DNA of 64,000 nucleotides from assembly GCA_050010515.1 (NCBI GenBank), contig JBEKKX010000010.1, forward strand, positions 1 to 64,000, written 5' to 3'. The notes under the pieces were generated by a model that searched no databases, had not been told where the DNA came from, and saw only the letters and a list, made by a program, of their open reading frames with translations. Made by a program: the position numbers and the translations under genes. The DNA comes from Candidatus Bathyarchaeia archaeon. GTDB taxonomy: Archaea; Thermoproteota; Bathyarchaeia; Bathyarchaeales; Bathycorpusculaceae. Positions 1 to 10,614 of the stretch are shown piece by piece; position 1 is the stretch's first letter; every line of letters begins with the position of its first letter.

Positions 1-940
1 CGGCTGCGAAATAGCTGTCTTAGACTTAAACGAGAAAATCCTTGACGTAGTACAATTAGCCGACATAGTTTTTTGGCCAGTAGCCATCGACATCAAGTAC
101 AAAGATGTTGAAGCGATGCCTGACAAATCTATTGACATAACTTTCTTTAACGGTTCAATACGCAATTCCGAACAGGAACACATGGCTAAAATGCTGAGGC
201 AAAAATCTAAAACCCTTGTTGCTTTCGGCTCATGCGCCCACGAGGGAAGCGTACCCGGACTAGCAAACTTGAACAATAAACAAGAAATTTTCGATCAAGT
301 TTACATAAAAGACAAATCAAACATCAATCCACAAGCAACTACACCTAAAACTCAAACCCAAGTTAAGGAAGGCACTCTAAAAATCCCCGAATTCTACGAC
401 ACAGTAAAAACCTTAGCGCAAACAGTTGACGTAGACTATTACCTGCCAGGGTGCCCGCCCCCAGTCAAACTAATCGCCGCGGCAGTAGATGCAATAGCAA
501 GCAACAAGCTACCGCCAAAAGGCTCAGTACTCGCACCACTCAAAGCAGTATGCGACGAATGCCCAAGAAAACGCGAAAACAAAAAAATCGGCAAAATCTA
601 CCGAGTCTACGAGAAAGCTCCCGAACCAGAAAAATGCCTCCTTGAACAAGGTATCCTCTGCATGGGACTCGCAACTAGAAGCGGTTGCGGCGCTCAATGC
701 TTAAAAGTTGATATGCCCTGCACAGGTTGCGGCGGTCCAGCTCCGAACGTGCCAGAGCAAGGTGCAGCAATGATTACTGCTTTGGCTTCCATTTTGGGAT
801 ATGATGGTGAACCAGGCAAAGTAAAATACACTGAACAAGAGATTGAGACGTTGATGAGCCAAGTGAAAGATCCAGTTGGTACATTCTACATGTACTCACT
901 TCCAGCTTCAATTCTTAAAAGAAAGGTGATTAAAAAATGA
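1..940 (+). CDS. mvhG: F420-non-reducing [NiFe] hydrogenase small subunit (5'-truncated by window edge)
   Basis: Frame is open from base 2 (GCEIAVLDLNEKIL...FWPVAIDIK); AFGSCA, LPGCPP, CDECP, CLLEQG..CMG..TRSGC, PCTGCGG Fe-S motifs; overlaps the large-subunit start. Confidence 0.9.
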   Translation, partial: GCEIAVLDLNEKILDVVQLADIVFWPVAIDIKYKDVEAMPDKSIDITFFNGSIRNSEQEHMAKMLRQKSKTLVAFGSCAHEGSVPGLANLNNKQEIFDQVYIKDKSNINPQATTPKTQTQVKEGTLKIPEFYDTVKTLAQTVDVDYYLPGCPPPVKLIAAAVDAIASNKLPPKGSVLAPLKAVCDECPRKRENKKIGKIYRVYEKAPEPEKCLLEQGILCMGLATRSGCGAQCLKVDMPCTGCGGPAPNVPEQGAAMITALASILGYDGEPGKVKYTEQEIETLMSQVKDPVGTFYMYSLPASILKRKVIKK

Positions 941-2391
941 AAGAAATAGTTATAGACCCAATCACACGTCTTGAAGGACATGGAAACGTATCCATATTCC
1001 TCAACGACCAAGGCGAAGTAGAAAACGCTTACCTTAAAATTCCGGAACTTAGAGGCTTCGAGAAATTCTGCATTGGCCGAAGAGCTGAACTCATGCCGCA
1101 GCTCACAACCAGAATCTGCGGTGTCTGCCCTGTAGCTCACCATTTTGCAGCAGTGAAAGCCTTAGACGCAGCATTCAATGTTGAACCACCCTCAGCCGCT
1201 AAGAAACTTCGCGAGCTAATGTACAGCGGCTACTTTATCTACGACCACATACTCCACTTCTACTTCCTCGGCGGACCAGACTTCATAGTTGGACCAGACG
1301 CACCGCCAGAAAAACGCAACATACTCGGCGTCATCGAGAAAGCCGGTATGCCAGTTGCGAAAGAAGTCATAAAACACCGAGCATACGGACAAAAAATAAC
1401 TGAAATAATCGGTGGAAAAGCAACCCACCCAGTCTGCGGACTACCAGGCGGAATCTCAAAACCACTAAGCGAAGAAAACAGGCAAGAAATCGAACAAATG
1501 GCTTCTTCATGCGTAAACTTCGCACAGTTCACGCTTAAAATTTTCCATGACATCGTTTTAGGCAACACCAAATACGTTGACCTAATCAAAAGCCAAGCCT
1601 ACACAATGCCAACCTACTACATGGGCACAGTTGACAAAAACAACAAAGTAAACTTTTACGACGGCAAAATCCGCGTTGTAGACCCAACCGGCAAAGAATT
1701 CCTCAAGTTCGAATCAAAAGACTACCTCAACCACATCGGCGAACACGTTGAAGAATGGACATACAGCAAATTCCCATACCTCAAAGCAGTAGGCTGGAAA
1801 GGCCAAGTTGCAGGCGCAGACAGCGGTGTTTACCGTGTCGGTCCACTTGGACGCTTAAACGCTTCTGACGGTATGGCAACACCCTTAGCGCAGGCAGAAT
1901 ACGAGGTAATGTACAAGACCTTAGGCGGCAAACCAGTCCACAGCACACTGGCTTTCCACTGGGCGCGACTTATCGAGCTACTCTACGCAACAGAAAGAAC
2001 CATGGAACTAGTCAAAGACCCAGAAATCACCAGCACAAACGTCCGCAACAAGCCAGGAGAACCAGGCGAAGGCGTCGGCATCGTCGAAGCCGCAAGAGGC
2101 ACACTAATCCACCACTACACATTAGACAAAGACGCGCTTGTCAAAGACGTAAACCTAATCGTTGCAACAACAAACAATTACCCAGCAATATGCATGAGCA
2201 TACGTGACGCAGCCAAAGGCTTAATCCACAACGGCCAAGTTGACCAAGGCATACTGAACATGGTTGAAATGGCTTTCAGAGCCTACGACCCATGCTTCGG
2301 ATGCGCAACACACTTTGCAGTCGGACAAATGCCACTAACTGTTGAAGTCTTCAACGCTGAAAAACAATTAATCAGCACAGTAAAACGTTAA
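937..2391 (+). CDS. mvhA: [NiFe] hydrogenase large subunit, group 3c type
   Basis: ITRLEGH, RGFE, L1 RICGVC, L2 DPCFGCATH followed by a cleavable C-terminal tail. Confidence 0.93.
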   Translation: MKEIVIDPITRLEGHGNVSIFLNDQGEVENAYLKIPELRGFEKFCIGRRAELMPQLTTRICGVCPVAHHFAAVKALDAAFNVEPPSAAKKLRELMYSGYFIYDHILHFYFLGGPDFIVGPDAPPEKRNILGVIEKAGMPVAKEVIKHRAYGQKITEIIGGKATHPVCGLPGGISKPLSEENRQEIEQMASSCVNFAQFTLKIFHDIVLGNTKYVDLIKSQAYTMPTYYMGTVDKNNKVNFYDGKIRVVDPTGKEFLKFESKDYLNHIGEHVEEWTYSKFPYLKAVGWKGQVAGADSGVYRVGPLGRLNASDGMATPLAQAEYEVMYKTLGGKPVHSTLAFHWARLIELLYATERTMELVKDPEITSTNVRNKPGEPGEGVGIVEAARGTLIHHYTLDKDALVKDVNLIVATTNNYPAICMSIRDAAKGLIHNGQVDQGILNMVEMAFRAYDPCFGCATHFAVGQMPLTVEVFNAEKQLISTVKR

Positions 2392-2399
2392 TTTAGCCC

Positions 2400-2445
2400 A
2401 TTTTTCTTAAGGGCAATCTTTTTTTATTTTATTTTATTTATTCTT
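2400..2445 (+). terminator. T-rich archaeal terminator region after mvhA
   Basis: Runs of T immediately downstream of the stop codon. Confidence 0.5.
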
Positions 2446-2448
2446 GCT

Positions 2449-2849
2449 ATAGTTCGTTTTTAACTTTGTTTATTACATCGTCGCTGATTCTAAAGCCAGG
2501 TTTGGACTTTTCTTCCATGAACTCATCTGTTGAATTATGCGTTAGCAATTTGCGGAAAGAGGTGTACCAGATTTTATCTTCTAACTGCTCATCCTTAACT
2601 TTAAGGTGGATAAGAACCTTAATGGGTTTACCCTCTGGAACTAACAGCCTTTCTCAAAATCAGACTTAGATTATTGCGTTTGTGATTGTTGTACTCTTTT
2701 CCGAAAGTGCGCGCTTTAACGATGCATTTTGGTACTGGAACAGCAGCGCCATAAGATTTTTCTAGTGCTTTTCTGCATTTTTCAACAAATTCATCGTTAA
2801 GATTTTGGACATATTCTTGATTTATCATTTCATTCCTCGATAATTTCAA
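2449..2849 (-). pseudogene. Probable frameshifted hypothetical gene
   Basis: ORF 2628-2849 appears to continue in another frame (LVPEGKPIKVLIHLKVKDEQLEDKIWYTSFRKLL...) down to about 2449. Confidence 0.3.
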
Positions 2850-3181
2850 CTGTCATTCTCCCAAAAGCACTGTGAATACTTGTGCTTAACTTCTGGACCA
2901 TTCTGCCAAATCTTGTCATAACCTGCGATAAAGTCTTTGCTTGATGTTTTCCTCACTGTTACACCAACCAATAGTATTAACACTAAAGATTCAATATATA
3001 ATCCTCATTATCAGAATCAGAATATGTCAAAAAACGATATACCAGAAAAGAAGCGTGAATCGTTTTGGGTTTGGGTTAGGGTTAGAGCGCGCTTGTTTGT
3101 TGTAAATACTAAATCGAAAAGGGTAAGTGTCAAAGATGCTACTGGTGATGGTAACAATGAAAGAAATTTTTTTACAGCATG

Positions 3182-3685
3182 CTAATTGTAGACGGGGATT
3201 CCGAGCGCTTGTGCGAGTTTTTTGCATTTGTTTTGGAGTTCAAGGATTTCTGTTTTTAAGTTGTTGATTGCTGTTTTCTTTTTGTTAATTTCTTCGATAA
3301 GTTTGTTGTGGAGATTTTGTATTGTTGTTAATAGGTTTTGTTTTTGTTCGAGTAGTTCTTGTTCTTCTGTTTTCATTTTTTTGAAAGATTCCAAAAGGTC
3401 TAAGTCGGCAGGTGCGTTTGGTGGTTCTGCAATTTGCGGGGATTCTATTTGTTTGGGTCTTTTAAGTGTTCGACGCGGTTTGGGTTTTTGGATTACTTTG
3501 TAGTTTGGATGCATTTTTTCTAATTCTTGAATAACGGCTTCATGATTTTGTGTGGTTAAAGTGGGCGGCTCTGGTTTTTTTAAGGAGTCCTCGCTGGCAT
3601 TTTGTTTTGTTTTGTTTCTTTTGTATTCTTCTTCTATTATAAACACGTAGATGCTTTCGTTTTCTTTGTTCATGCCGTCACTCAA
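3182..3685 (-). CDS. Coiled-coil hypothetical protein (paralogue of next gene)
   Basis: C-terminal DLDLLESFKKMK..ELLEQKQ..KKKTAI..LQNKCKKLAQALG shared with 3748-4149. Confidence 0.75.
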   Translation of the reverse strand: MSDGMNKENESIYVFIIEEEYKRNKTKQNASEDSLKKPEPPTLTTQNHEAVIQELEKMHPNYKVIQKPKPRRTLKRPKQIESPQIAEPPNAPADLDLLESFKKMKTEEQELLEQKQNLLTTIQNLHNKLIEEINKKKTAINNLKTEILELQNKCKKLAQALGIPVYN

Positions 3686-3747
3686 ATTATGCGGTGTATT
3701 TGGATATGATAAGTTGATATTTTGAAGTTGAAAAAATCTGTCTACAA

Positions 3748-4149
3748 TCAGTTAATTGTAGACAGGGTTCCGAGTGCTTGTGCGAGTTCCTTGCATCTGT
3801 TTTGAAGATCCGGGATTTCTGATTTTAAGTCTTTAATTGCAGTCTTCTTTTTCTCAATTTCCTCGGTGATCTTGCTCTGAAGTTCTTGCTCTTTTTTTAA
3901 TAAGTCTTGTTTTTGTTCCAGCAGCTCTTCCTCTTCTCTTTTCATTTTTTGAAAAGACGCCAAAAGGTCCAAATCGTTAAGTTCATTTGGTGATTCTGCA
4001 TTTTGCGGTGGATCTGTTTGTTTGGGTGGGTCAGTGGTTTGAGGCGCTTCGGGTCTTTGAGTAATTTTTTCTGCGTCTGAATCTGGCTTTGTTTTATTTG
4101 ATTCCGGATCTGTTTCTTTTTTCCATGCTTCAAACATCGTTTTCACCAT
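3748..4149 (-). CDS. Coiled-coil hypothetical protein (paralogue of previous gene)
   Basis: DLDLLASFQKMK..ELLEQKQ..KKKTAI..LQNRCKELAQALG; Pro/Gln-rich linker. Confidence 0.75.
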   Translation of the reverse strand: MVKTMFEAWKKETDPESNKTKPDSDAEKITQRPEAPQTTDPPKQTDPPQNAESPNELNDLDLLASFQKMKREEEELLEQKQDLLKKEQELQSKITEEIEKKKTAIKDLKSEIPDLQNRCKELAQALGTLSTIN

Positions 4150-4764
4150 GATAATGTATCAAATATTAATATATAAGAGTTGTTGTGTACCGATCCACCC
4201 AACATTCCCCAAAACCAATATGTTCTCAAAAACGAACATATCTCCCCAGCGCGCTTGCTTGTCCTTTTATTTGTTAAAGTGCAATTATAACGAAAAGTTG
4301 ATATGTCGATTTTGGATACATGTCTCCAAACAAAATAATCATTATTATATATCAATGCTGCAGATATGTGTAGGTGCAACATTTGAGCAAAGCAAAGCTT
4401 CAGTTTATCAGGTTACTCGTGAATTCTGGGTACTCCCAAAAAACCGTCGATGCAATCTGGAATTTTTACTATCCCTCAGAAAAAAGGCATTGAAAGTGTT
4501 TAACTTCTTCAACCATTACATGCCAAGAAAACATAAGTTTTTAGCAGTTTTCTCTAACCGTTTAAACGCAGAAAGTCTAACAGCCTTCAGTAAAACCCAA
4601 AAACCTTCAGAGTTAACAAAACCTTATTGCTACCCTAAGCCAGTGTCTTTGACCTCGGTTCTTATTATGACACTTGTGAGTGGTTGAAGAATTTGCAGTA
4701 AGCTATATGAATGCAAGAATATCCGTTGCATAGAATCTTATAGTCTTCCGCTATTAGCAAAGTG

Positions 4765-5178
4765 CTATGCTCGGCTTTCGAACTTTTTCTTTATACATTC
4801 TTCGCAAAAATTGTTCTTGAGCCTTCTTATTCGTCTGGACTGAAAGAGTTTTCCGCAACCACTGCACTTTATTTGATTAAGCCCCTTAGGGTCAAGCAAC
4901 ATGAGTCTTCTCTCAATCTCAGCTTTAACCTCAGAATCATCCTCCCGCTCCCAAGCAGCTTTCAGCAAAGCCTTAGCTTGTTCAAAGCTTTTGTCTTTGA
5001 AAACATGAAGGAAAACACTATCTGATTTTCCTACTCCTAAGTTTACTGGTAATACGCAAACAAAATTTTGGGGATAACTCTTAGATTTACTAAAGTCAAC
5101 AACAACGAAGCGAAAGCTTTTCCGCAAATAATTATTATAATCCGCATAATACTCGAAAACTTGTAGCCTAATGTCCAA
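4765..5178 (-). CDS. Hypothetical protein with C-terminal zinc ribbon
   Basis: CSGC...FCEEC; probable TTG start at 5178. Confidence 0.65.
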   Translation of the reverse strand: MDIRLQVFEYYADYNNYLRKSFRFVVVDFSKSKSYPQNFVCVLPVNLGVGKSDSVFLHVFKDKSFEQAKALLKAAWEREDDSEVKAEIERRLMLLDPKGLNQIKCSGCGKLFQSRRIRRLKNNFCEECIKKKFESRA

Positions 5179-5378
5179 GTTGATAAACCTTGAACGGAAG
5201 AAAAGACAAATCAAGTTATAGAAGATTGTGGATTACTTGGAATTCGTTATCCATCTGTGTTTTCAATTTCTGCATTATTTCATCCATATCCGTCATTTGC
5301 TTCGAGATTTTCTTTAGGTCTTGGTCAAAAAAAGGTGAACTGAAGCTCAAACTATGGAATAATCTAGGAAGTCCATCC

Positions 5379-5792
5379 TTATTCTGTGGTTTTTCCGTCG
5401 AAGTGTTCTTCTTTAGCCAGAGCTTCTGCTTTGGTGCGTCGCAAAGTGCCATCCTGGTGCTCTGGCGGAGAGTAGATCGTGTACAGTTTCAGAGCCTGCT
5501 TTTTGGAGATGTTGATTACGTTGTGTTTAGCACCTGCTGGCACGATTACGGCGTCTCCGTCTTTGACTAGATGTTTTTTGCCGTCGATGACAACTTTTCC
5601 TTCTCCTTCTTCAAACCTGAAGAATTGATCCACATCCTCATGCGTCTCTTCACCTATTTCTTCCATAGGCTTCAGGTTCATGAGAACCAGCTGACAATAC
5701 TTTCCCGTGTACAACACACGACGAAAATCAGCGTTTTTCCTTGTCTCATTCTCAAGATTAACTACGCATCCTTTCATGTTTATCATCTTCAA
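5379..5792 (-). CDS. Cupin-domain protein (mannose-6-phosphate isomerase-like)
   Basis: EIGEETHEDVDQFFRFEEG, VPAGAKHNVIN, LYTIYSPPEH. Confidence 0.88.
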   Translation of the reverse strand: MKMINMKGCVVNLENETRKNADFRRVLYTGKYCQLVLMNLKPMEEIGEETHEDVDQFFRFEEGEGKVVIDGKKHLVKDGDAVIVPAGAKHNVINISKKQALKLYTIYSPPEHQDGTLRRTKAEALAKEEHFDGKTTE

Positions 5793-6002
5793 TTCTGTTT
5801 AGAATGCATTATCTATTTAACGTTTTTTTTGGGGCTAGCCTAATAATTGAGTAAATGTACAATTTTTACAGACTTCCCCCCATTGCATTGGACAAATGTA
5901 ATTTTTGGTTGCCTTTTTTAGCGTTTATGCATAATTTTATTAACGATTAACAGCAGATAGAGGTTCAGTGGTTAGATTACTCTTAAACAAGAGGTATCTT
6001 GC

Positions 6003-6383
6003 TTGGACAATGAAAACGAAATATTGGAAGAGTTAAAGAAAATTAGAGCTGCCGTTGAAAAAGCTCCACCACCAGAACCGCCCAAAGGCTTATGGAACGA
6101 ATTCAAAGATTTCCTATCATCGTACAAAGTTCTTGGTTTAGCTGTTGCTTTCGTCTTAGGTTTGTATCTTGGCGCTGTGGTTAAGGCGGTTGTCGCAGAC
6201 TTCATTATTCCGCTCTTAGGCTTAGCGATTCCAGGCATGTCAAACTTAGCTACATATGCAGTTTCGGTTACGAAGCAGTCGTTTGTCATCGGCGACTTCT
6301 TGGTGGCTCTAATTACCTTCATCTTTGTGGCACTTATCGTGTTCCTCATAGTGAAGGTAGCCAAAAAATGGAAAATAGATTAA
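6003..6383 (+). CDS. mscL: Large-conductance mechanosensitive channel family protein
   Basis: EFKDFL..KVLGLAVAFVLG..VVKAVVADFIIP, GDFLVALITF. Confidence 0.85.
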   Translation: MDNENEILEELKKIRAAVEKAPPPEPPKGLWNEFKDFLSSYKVLGLAVAFVLGLYLGAVVKAVVADFIIPLLGLAIPGMSNLATYAVSVTKQSFVIGDFLVALITFIFVALIVFLIVKVAKKWKID

Positions 6384-6869
6384 ACCTTCCCTCTTTTTTT
6401 CTTTTTTTAAGAATCATTTTTAAAAAAATGATGGTTGATTAGCCTTAAGGGCTAAAGCCCTTTGAAGTCGTAGTTTGTCCAGTTTTGAAGCTAAGCAATG
6501 TATAGATTGGGTTTCTATTAAGCCCTATTAAGCTCTTTAACTAAGTTTACGTCGCCTTTAAATCCTGTATTGCAAGGAAGAACTATGTTTTCTTCTGAAG
6601 GAAGCATTGCTATCTTGAAAGTCTAATGTTATTTTTGGCGTCACTTAAACTGTGGGTAGTTGTCTTTCCATGTTAAAAAGTAAAAGCAGATCTTTAGTTT
6701 GGGCTCACATAAACTTCATGAACTAATTCCAAAAGCGTTGAAGATCATGCTCTTTTCTTAAGAGCTATCAATTCGTGAGCTAAACTTCCAAAGAATGATA
6801 ACTGTACAATCATGCTGGGAATTGATTTATTTAGGTAAAATTTTTATTCAAATAAACATAATTCAAACT

Positions 6870-7835
6870 ATGGCTAGATTCCTTTCTTGCGGGGAACTTT
6901 ATGAAACGATTCAACAAAAATCCTTAGAAGCAAAAGACGTTTTATGGGTATGTTCTCCGTATCTTGGGCTAGACGCTCACAAAATCTTTTCCCAAGAAAT
7001 CCTGAAGAATCCTCCGGCGGATATTCGGTTTATTTTTAGAGTTAATGATGTCGCCGTCAAAAGAGGCGAAGTTAATCCATATGAAATACAGTATTTCATG
7101 GAGCATTTTAAGGGCAGTAGTATTAGGTCACATGATACTTTTCATTCGAAAATTTATATTTTTGACGATTCAGCATTAATTACATCAGCAAATTTAACAA
7201 AAGCTGCTTTTGAAAGCAATATTGAAGCGGGAGTACTTCTCGATGCCTCACAAGTTGATGAGGTCAAAAGCTTCTTTAGCACAAGACTTTGGGAAAACGC
7301 AAAACCGGTAACCGACGTTAAGAAATATAAGAAGTTGTGGAACGTAGTAAAAAAGAATGGGTACGCTGTAGATTTAAAGAAAAATAAGGCACATACAAAA
7401 ATCAGGGAATGGACAGATGATTATGTTAGTACATGGTATTTTGCTATTCCCGACCAGATGACAAAAAAAACTGAGCGAAAGATTAAGAAAGAATCAAATT
7501 GGGCAACTGAGCTCTCGGTAGTGGGTGACATTGGTCCTGTTCCTTTCAAGCAACTTAAACTCGGTGATTTGGCATTTATAGTTAACTTAAAGAAGAGGCG
7601 AGGCAAAATAGAGGTTGAATTAGCTAGAGTATTTGACAAAAGTAGGGTAGAGACAGACGAGGGCGATCTTCATTTTGCTTATGAAACAAAAAAGACATAT
7701 TCAATCGAAAGAAATCAATTCTATCAAATGTTAGAAAATGCAAATATTAGACCTAAGAGTTATGAAATTCTACTTAATGAAAATCAGGTGGAGCTCATTA
7801 CGAAAACTCTTTCTTCAAGCAAGTCAAAAAAATGA
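6870..7835 (+). CDS. Phospholipase D-family (single HKD) nuclease with uncharacterised C-terminal domain
   Basis: CSPY, FHSKIYIFDD, ITSANLT..AFESNIEAG; probable ATG at 6870. Confidence 0.8.
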   Translation: MARFLSCGELYETIQQKSLEAKDVLWVCSPYLGLDAHKIFSQEILKNPPADIRFIFRVNDVAVKRGEVNPYEIQYFMEHFKGSSIRSHDTFHSKIYIFDDSALITSANLTKAAFESNIEAGVLLDASQVDEVKSFFSTRLWENAKPVTDVKKYKKLWNVVKKNGYAVDLKKNKAHTKIREWTDDYVSTWYFAIPDQMTKKTERKIKKESNWATELSVVGDIGPVPFKQLKLGDLAFIVNLKKRRGKIEVELARVFDKSRVETDEGDLHFAYETKKTYSIERNQFYQMLENANIRPKSYEILLNENQVELITKTLSSSKSKK

Positions 7836-7988
7836 ATGATGCGTAAAAACAGCTGTTTCAACTGATACTCAAATTCAGTCTTGATTGATTGTATATTCCC
7901 ACAAAATGATTTGAACAGTGTCCGAGCCCCCGAAGACGCACAAAAAAACTTGCCCACAGTTTGGCGAATTATGTAAATTCCATTTTCT

Positions 7989-8420
7989 CTAGGAGCTTGG
8001 GTCACATTCCCTAAAATATTGCAAAGCATCATAGCTTGTGATAATATCAGTGACTCTGTTTCCATTCCTAACTAAGACAAAAGACCTGTTGGCTAATGTA
8101 TCTAAAAGATTGAGCAGGTCGTCTTCACTGCTAAACATAGGAGCTTTTTCCATTAAATCTTCTACTCTAAACTTGGAAGGTGGCTTCATCTTGCTACCCA
8201 AGAAATTAAACAGAGCATTTGTCACAGATTCATAGGAGATTACTCCCACGACTTTCTCTTTCTTAATTATAGGAAGCTGGGAATATTTGTTTTCCATCAT
8301 TAGCCTAATGGCTTTTTCAACGCTGTCCTTATAGTTAACAGTCACTAACTTGGATTTTCCTTTTGCCTTAAGGAAATCAAGGAAAGTTCTGGTCTCTAAC
8401 AGCTTTCCCATGTAAGTCAA
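7989..8420 (-). CDS. CBS-pair domain protein
   Basis: DSVEKAIRLMMENKYSQLPII..VVGVIS; second CBS VTDIITSYD. Confidence 0.8.
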   Translation of the reverse strand: MTYMGKLLETRTFLDFLKAKGKSKLVTVNYKDSVEKAIRLMMENKYSQLPIIKKEKVVGVISYESVTNALFNFLGSKMKPPSKFRVEDLMEKAPMFSSEDDLLNLLDTLANRSFVLVRNGNRVTDIITSYDALQYFRECDPSS

Positions 8421-8610
8421 CTCTGTTTAAAGAATATGAGGACACACACATAAATAATGTTATAAAACGTGCCTTATTGGTTGCTATTGGGTGTTTTCGG
8501 TCTTAAGTTTGCTCCACATATTTTTCATGCAAAATTCTCTCATGTAAATGGCATTTAGTAAATCTTATAAGCGATTGCTCTTCAATACAGCTTGTTGGCT
8601 GGGAATAAAA

Positions 8611-9084
8611 TTGAAGAGTCTTGTTGTTTACTATTCCCGAACTGGTAACGCACGCTTCGTCGCTGAAACCATAGCGGCAGAGATCGGCGCGGACATCGAA
8701 GAAGTTATCGACCTAAAAAAGCGAAGCGGCGCATTTGGCTTTCTTAGTGGCGGTTTTGCTGCTAGGCGCGGCAAAGAAACCGAAATAGCCCCAACTAAAA
8801 AGTCACCCGCCGGCTACGACCTAGTAATCGTTGGAACTCCTGTCTGGGCTGGACGACCAAGCCCCGCCATCCGCACCTACCTGAAGAAGAACGACCTTTC
8901 AGGCAAGAAAGTTGCCGTTTTCTTTGCGCGGGGAGGAAAAAAACCGCGGGCTATTGAGCAAACTAAAGCATTAATGCCAAACTCTAACTGCATCGGAGAG
9001 TTCTCAATAGCTAACCCTTTAGCTAACAAAGAGGAATCTGAAAAACAAATCGCTACATGGTGTCAAACACTTACCGCCAATTAG
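8611..9084 (+). CDS. Flavodoxin family protein
   Basis: VVYYSRTGNA, YDLVIVGTPVWAG; probable TTG start at 8611. Confidence 0.85.
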   Translation: MKSLVVYYSRTGNARFVAETIAAEIGADIEEVIDLKKRSGAFGFLSGGFAARRGKETEIAPTKKSPAGYDLVIVGTPVWAGRPSPAIRTYLKKNDLSGKKVAVFFARGGKKPRAIEQTKALMPNSNCIGEFSIANPLANKEESEKQIATWCQTLTAN

Positions 9085-9159
9085 ATAGCTCAGTTCTTTA
9101 TGATGTATGTGGTAAACTTTTTCTACCTTTAATGCTCATTCACTTGTATTGGTGCTTCC

Positions 9160-9645
9160 ATGGCTGAGGAAATCGAAAAAGAGCTCAAAAACTGGTTCGT
9201 AGACGCAAAGAAAGTTGTTATAGCTGGGATTGGTAACCCCATACGCTCAGACGATTATGTAGGATTAAACATCGTTGAACAATTAAAAGGTAAGTTGCCA
9301 GAAACCGTTTGCCTGCTCGAATGCGAAACGGTCCCAGAGAGCTACCTGTTAGACATAGAGGAGTTTAACCCGACGCATGTGCTGTTGATTGATGCTGCTT
9401 TTTTAGGTTTAAATCCCGGGGAAGCCAGCTTGGTCGATGCTGAAAAGATAGGGGATTTTTCGGCGATAACGACGCATTTGCTGCCTTTGCGGATTTTCTG
9501 CGATTACGTTAAGCAGGCAACTGGAGCAAAAATTGCTTTATTATTAATTGAGCCGAAGAGTATGGAGTTTAGTGAAGGTTTAACCGCTGAAGTTCAAGCG
9601 GCAGCTGAAAAGTTAACGAAGATTTTGCTCGGTTTGCTTGGTTAG
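9160..9645 (+). CDS. hycI: Hydrogenase maturation endopeptidase, HycI type
   Basis: GIGNPIRSDDYVG, ETVPES, LLIDAA, TTHLLPL. Confidence 0.85.
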   Translation: MAEEIEKELKNWFVDAKKVVIAGIGNPIRSDDYVGLNIVEQLKGKLPETVCLLECETVPESYLLDIEEFNPTHVLLIDAAFLGLNPGEASLVDAEKIGDFSAITTHLLPLRIFCDYVKQATGAKIALLLIEPKSMEFSEGLTAEVQAAAEKLTKILLGLLG

Positions 9646-10000
9646 GGTCCTCTTTTAAAACCTATGCAGTGGGTAGGTTTATTTCGCCTTTGGAATAATC
9701 TGTTTCCTTCACTTCAATTTGGTCTTTAATTAGCTATTTTGCCGTTATCTGTTCCTCTAAATCTTCATTTTCATAGGTTCCTTCCAATTTAACTCAGGAG
9801 TTTTGTCATCCTTCCAGTTGCCATCATGGTTATGTGCGTCATCTTCTAAGGTGGATGTTTTGCGTCATAAAAACAACCATGAAAAACATGTACAAACAGG
9901 GTAAATTGTGTAATGAAGAAATGTGACTGGTATGGTGCAACGCTGTTTAGATAGGTTAGTTAATTAGCCTGTTTTTAGTTAGATTTATTGGGAATCAGTC

Positions 10001-10480
10001 ATGGTTGGAAAAGCATTAATTGTTATGGGTTCAGAGCGGGATTTGGATTTTTCCCGAGAAATTGCAAAGTACCTTAAGCTTTTGGGAGTTAGCTATGAGT
10101 TTCGGGTTGCTTCTGCGCATAAAACTCCAGAAAAAGTAATTGAAATAATAAAAGAATTCGAAAATGAAAAGCTAGTTTACGTTACTGTTGCCGGACGCTC
10201 GAATGCTCTAAGCGCTTTCGTAGATGGCAACACTTCTAAACCAGTCATCGCTTGCCCCCCTTACAGTGAAAAATTCGGCGGAGCAGACATTATCTCCTCG
10301 CTCAGAGTGCCAAGCGGAATAGGCTCCGTAGTAACTATTGAGCCTGAAGGTGCAGCGATTGCTGTTGCGAAAATTTTTGCTTTGGGGGATAGCGAGATGG
10401 CTGAGCGCGTTAAGAATTATCAGGCGGCAAAGAAGAAAGAGCTTGAAAAAGCCAATGAATCAGTAAAGAAACTAAAGTAA
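10001..10480 (+). CDS. purE: AIR carboxylase / N5-CAIR mutase
   Basis: MGSERD, SAHKTP, AGRSNAL, PVIACP, SLRVPSG. Confidence 0.93.
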   Translation: MVGKALIVMGSERDLDFSREIAKYLKLLGVSYEFRVASAHKTPEKVIEIIKEFENEKLVYVTVAGRSNALSAFVDGNTSKPVIACPPYSEKFGGADIISSLRVPSGIGSVVTIEPEGAAIAVAKIFALGDSEMAERVKNYQAAKKKELEKANESVKKLK

Positions 10481-10614
10481 ACTTTAACCTTATTCTATTT
10501 TTAATCGATGTATAACCCTTTGTTTTGTGGCTAACATAGCGAATGCTAAGACTAAATCGATATAAGCTAAAATAGAATACTCTGCTAGAACTAAAGATAA
10601 TAGGGATAACAGCA

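Noticed and set aside
2287-2310. Selenocysteine in the MvhA L2 motif (also FwdB ligand and SelD active site)
   Set aside because: All are Cys codons (TGC) with no in-frame TGA; no SECIS was sought further
4350-4390. Third copy of the 45/49-kb repeat (ATGCTGCAGATATGTG...)
   Set aside because: Similarity is too short and weak to separate from chance
4148-4687. 179-aa plus-strand ORF
   Set aside because: No recognisable motif, atypical composition, covers the promoter region of the divergent gene; probably spurious
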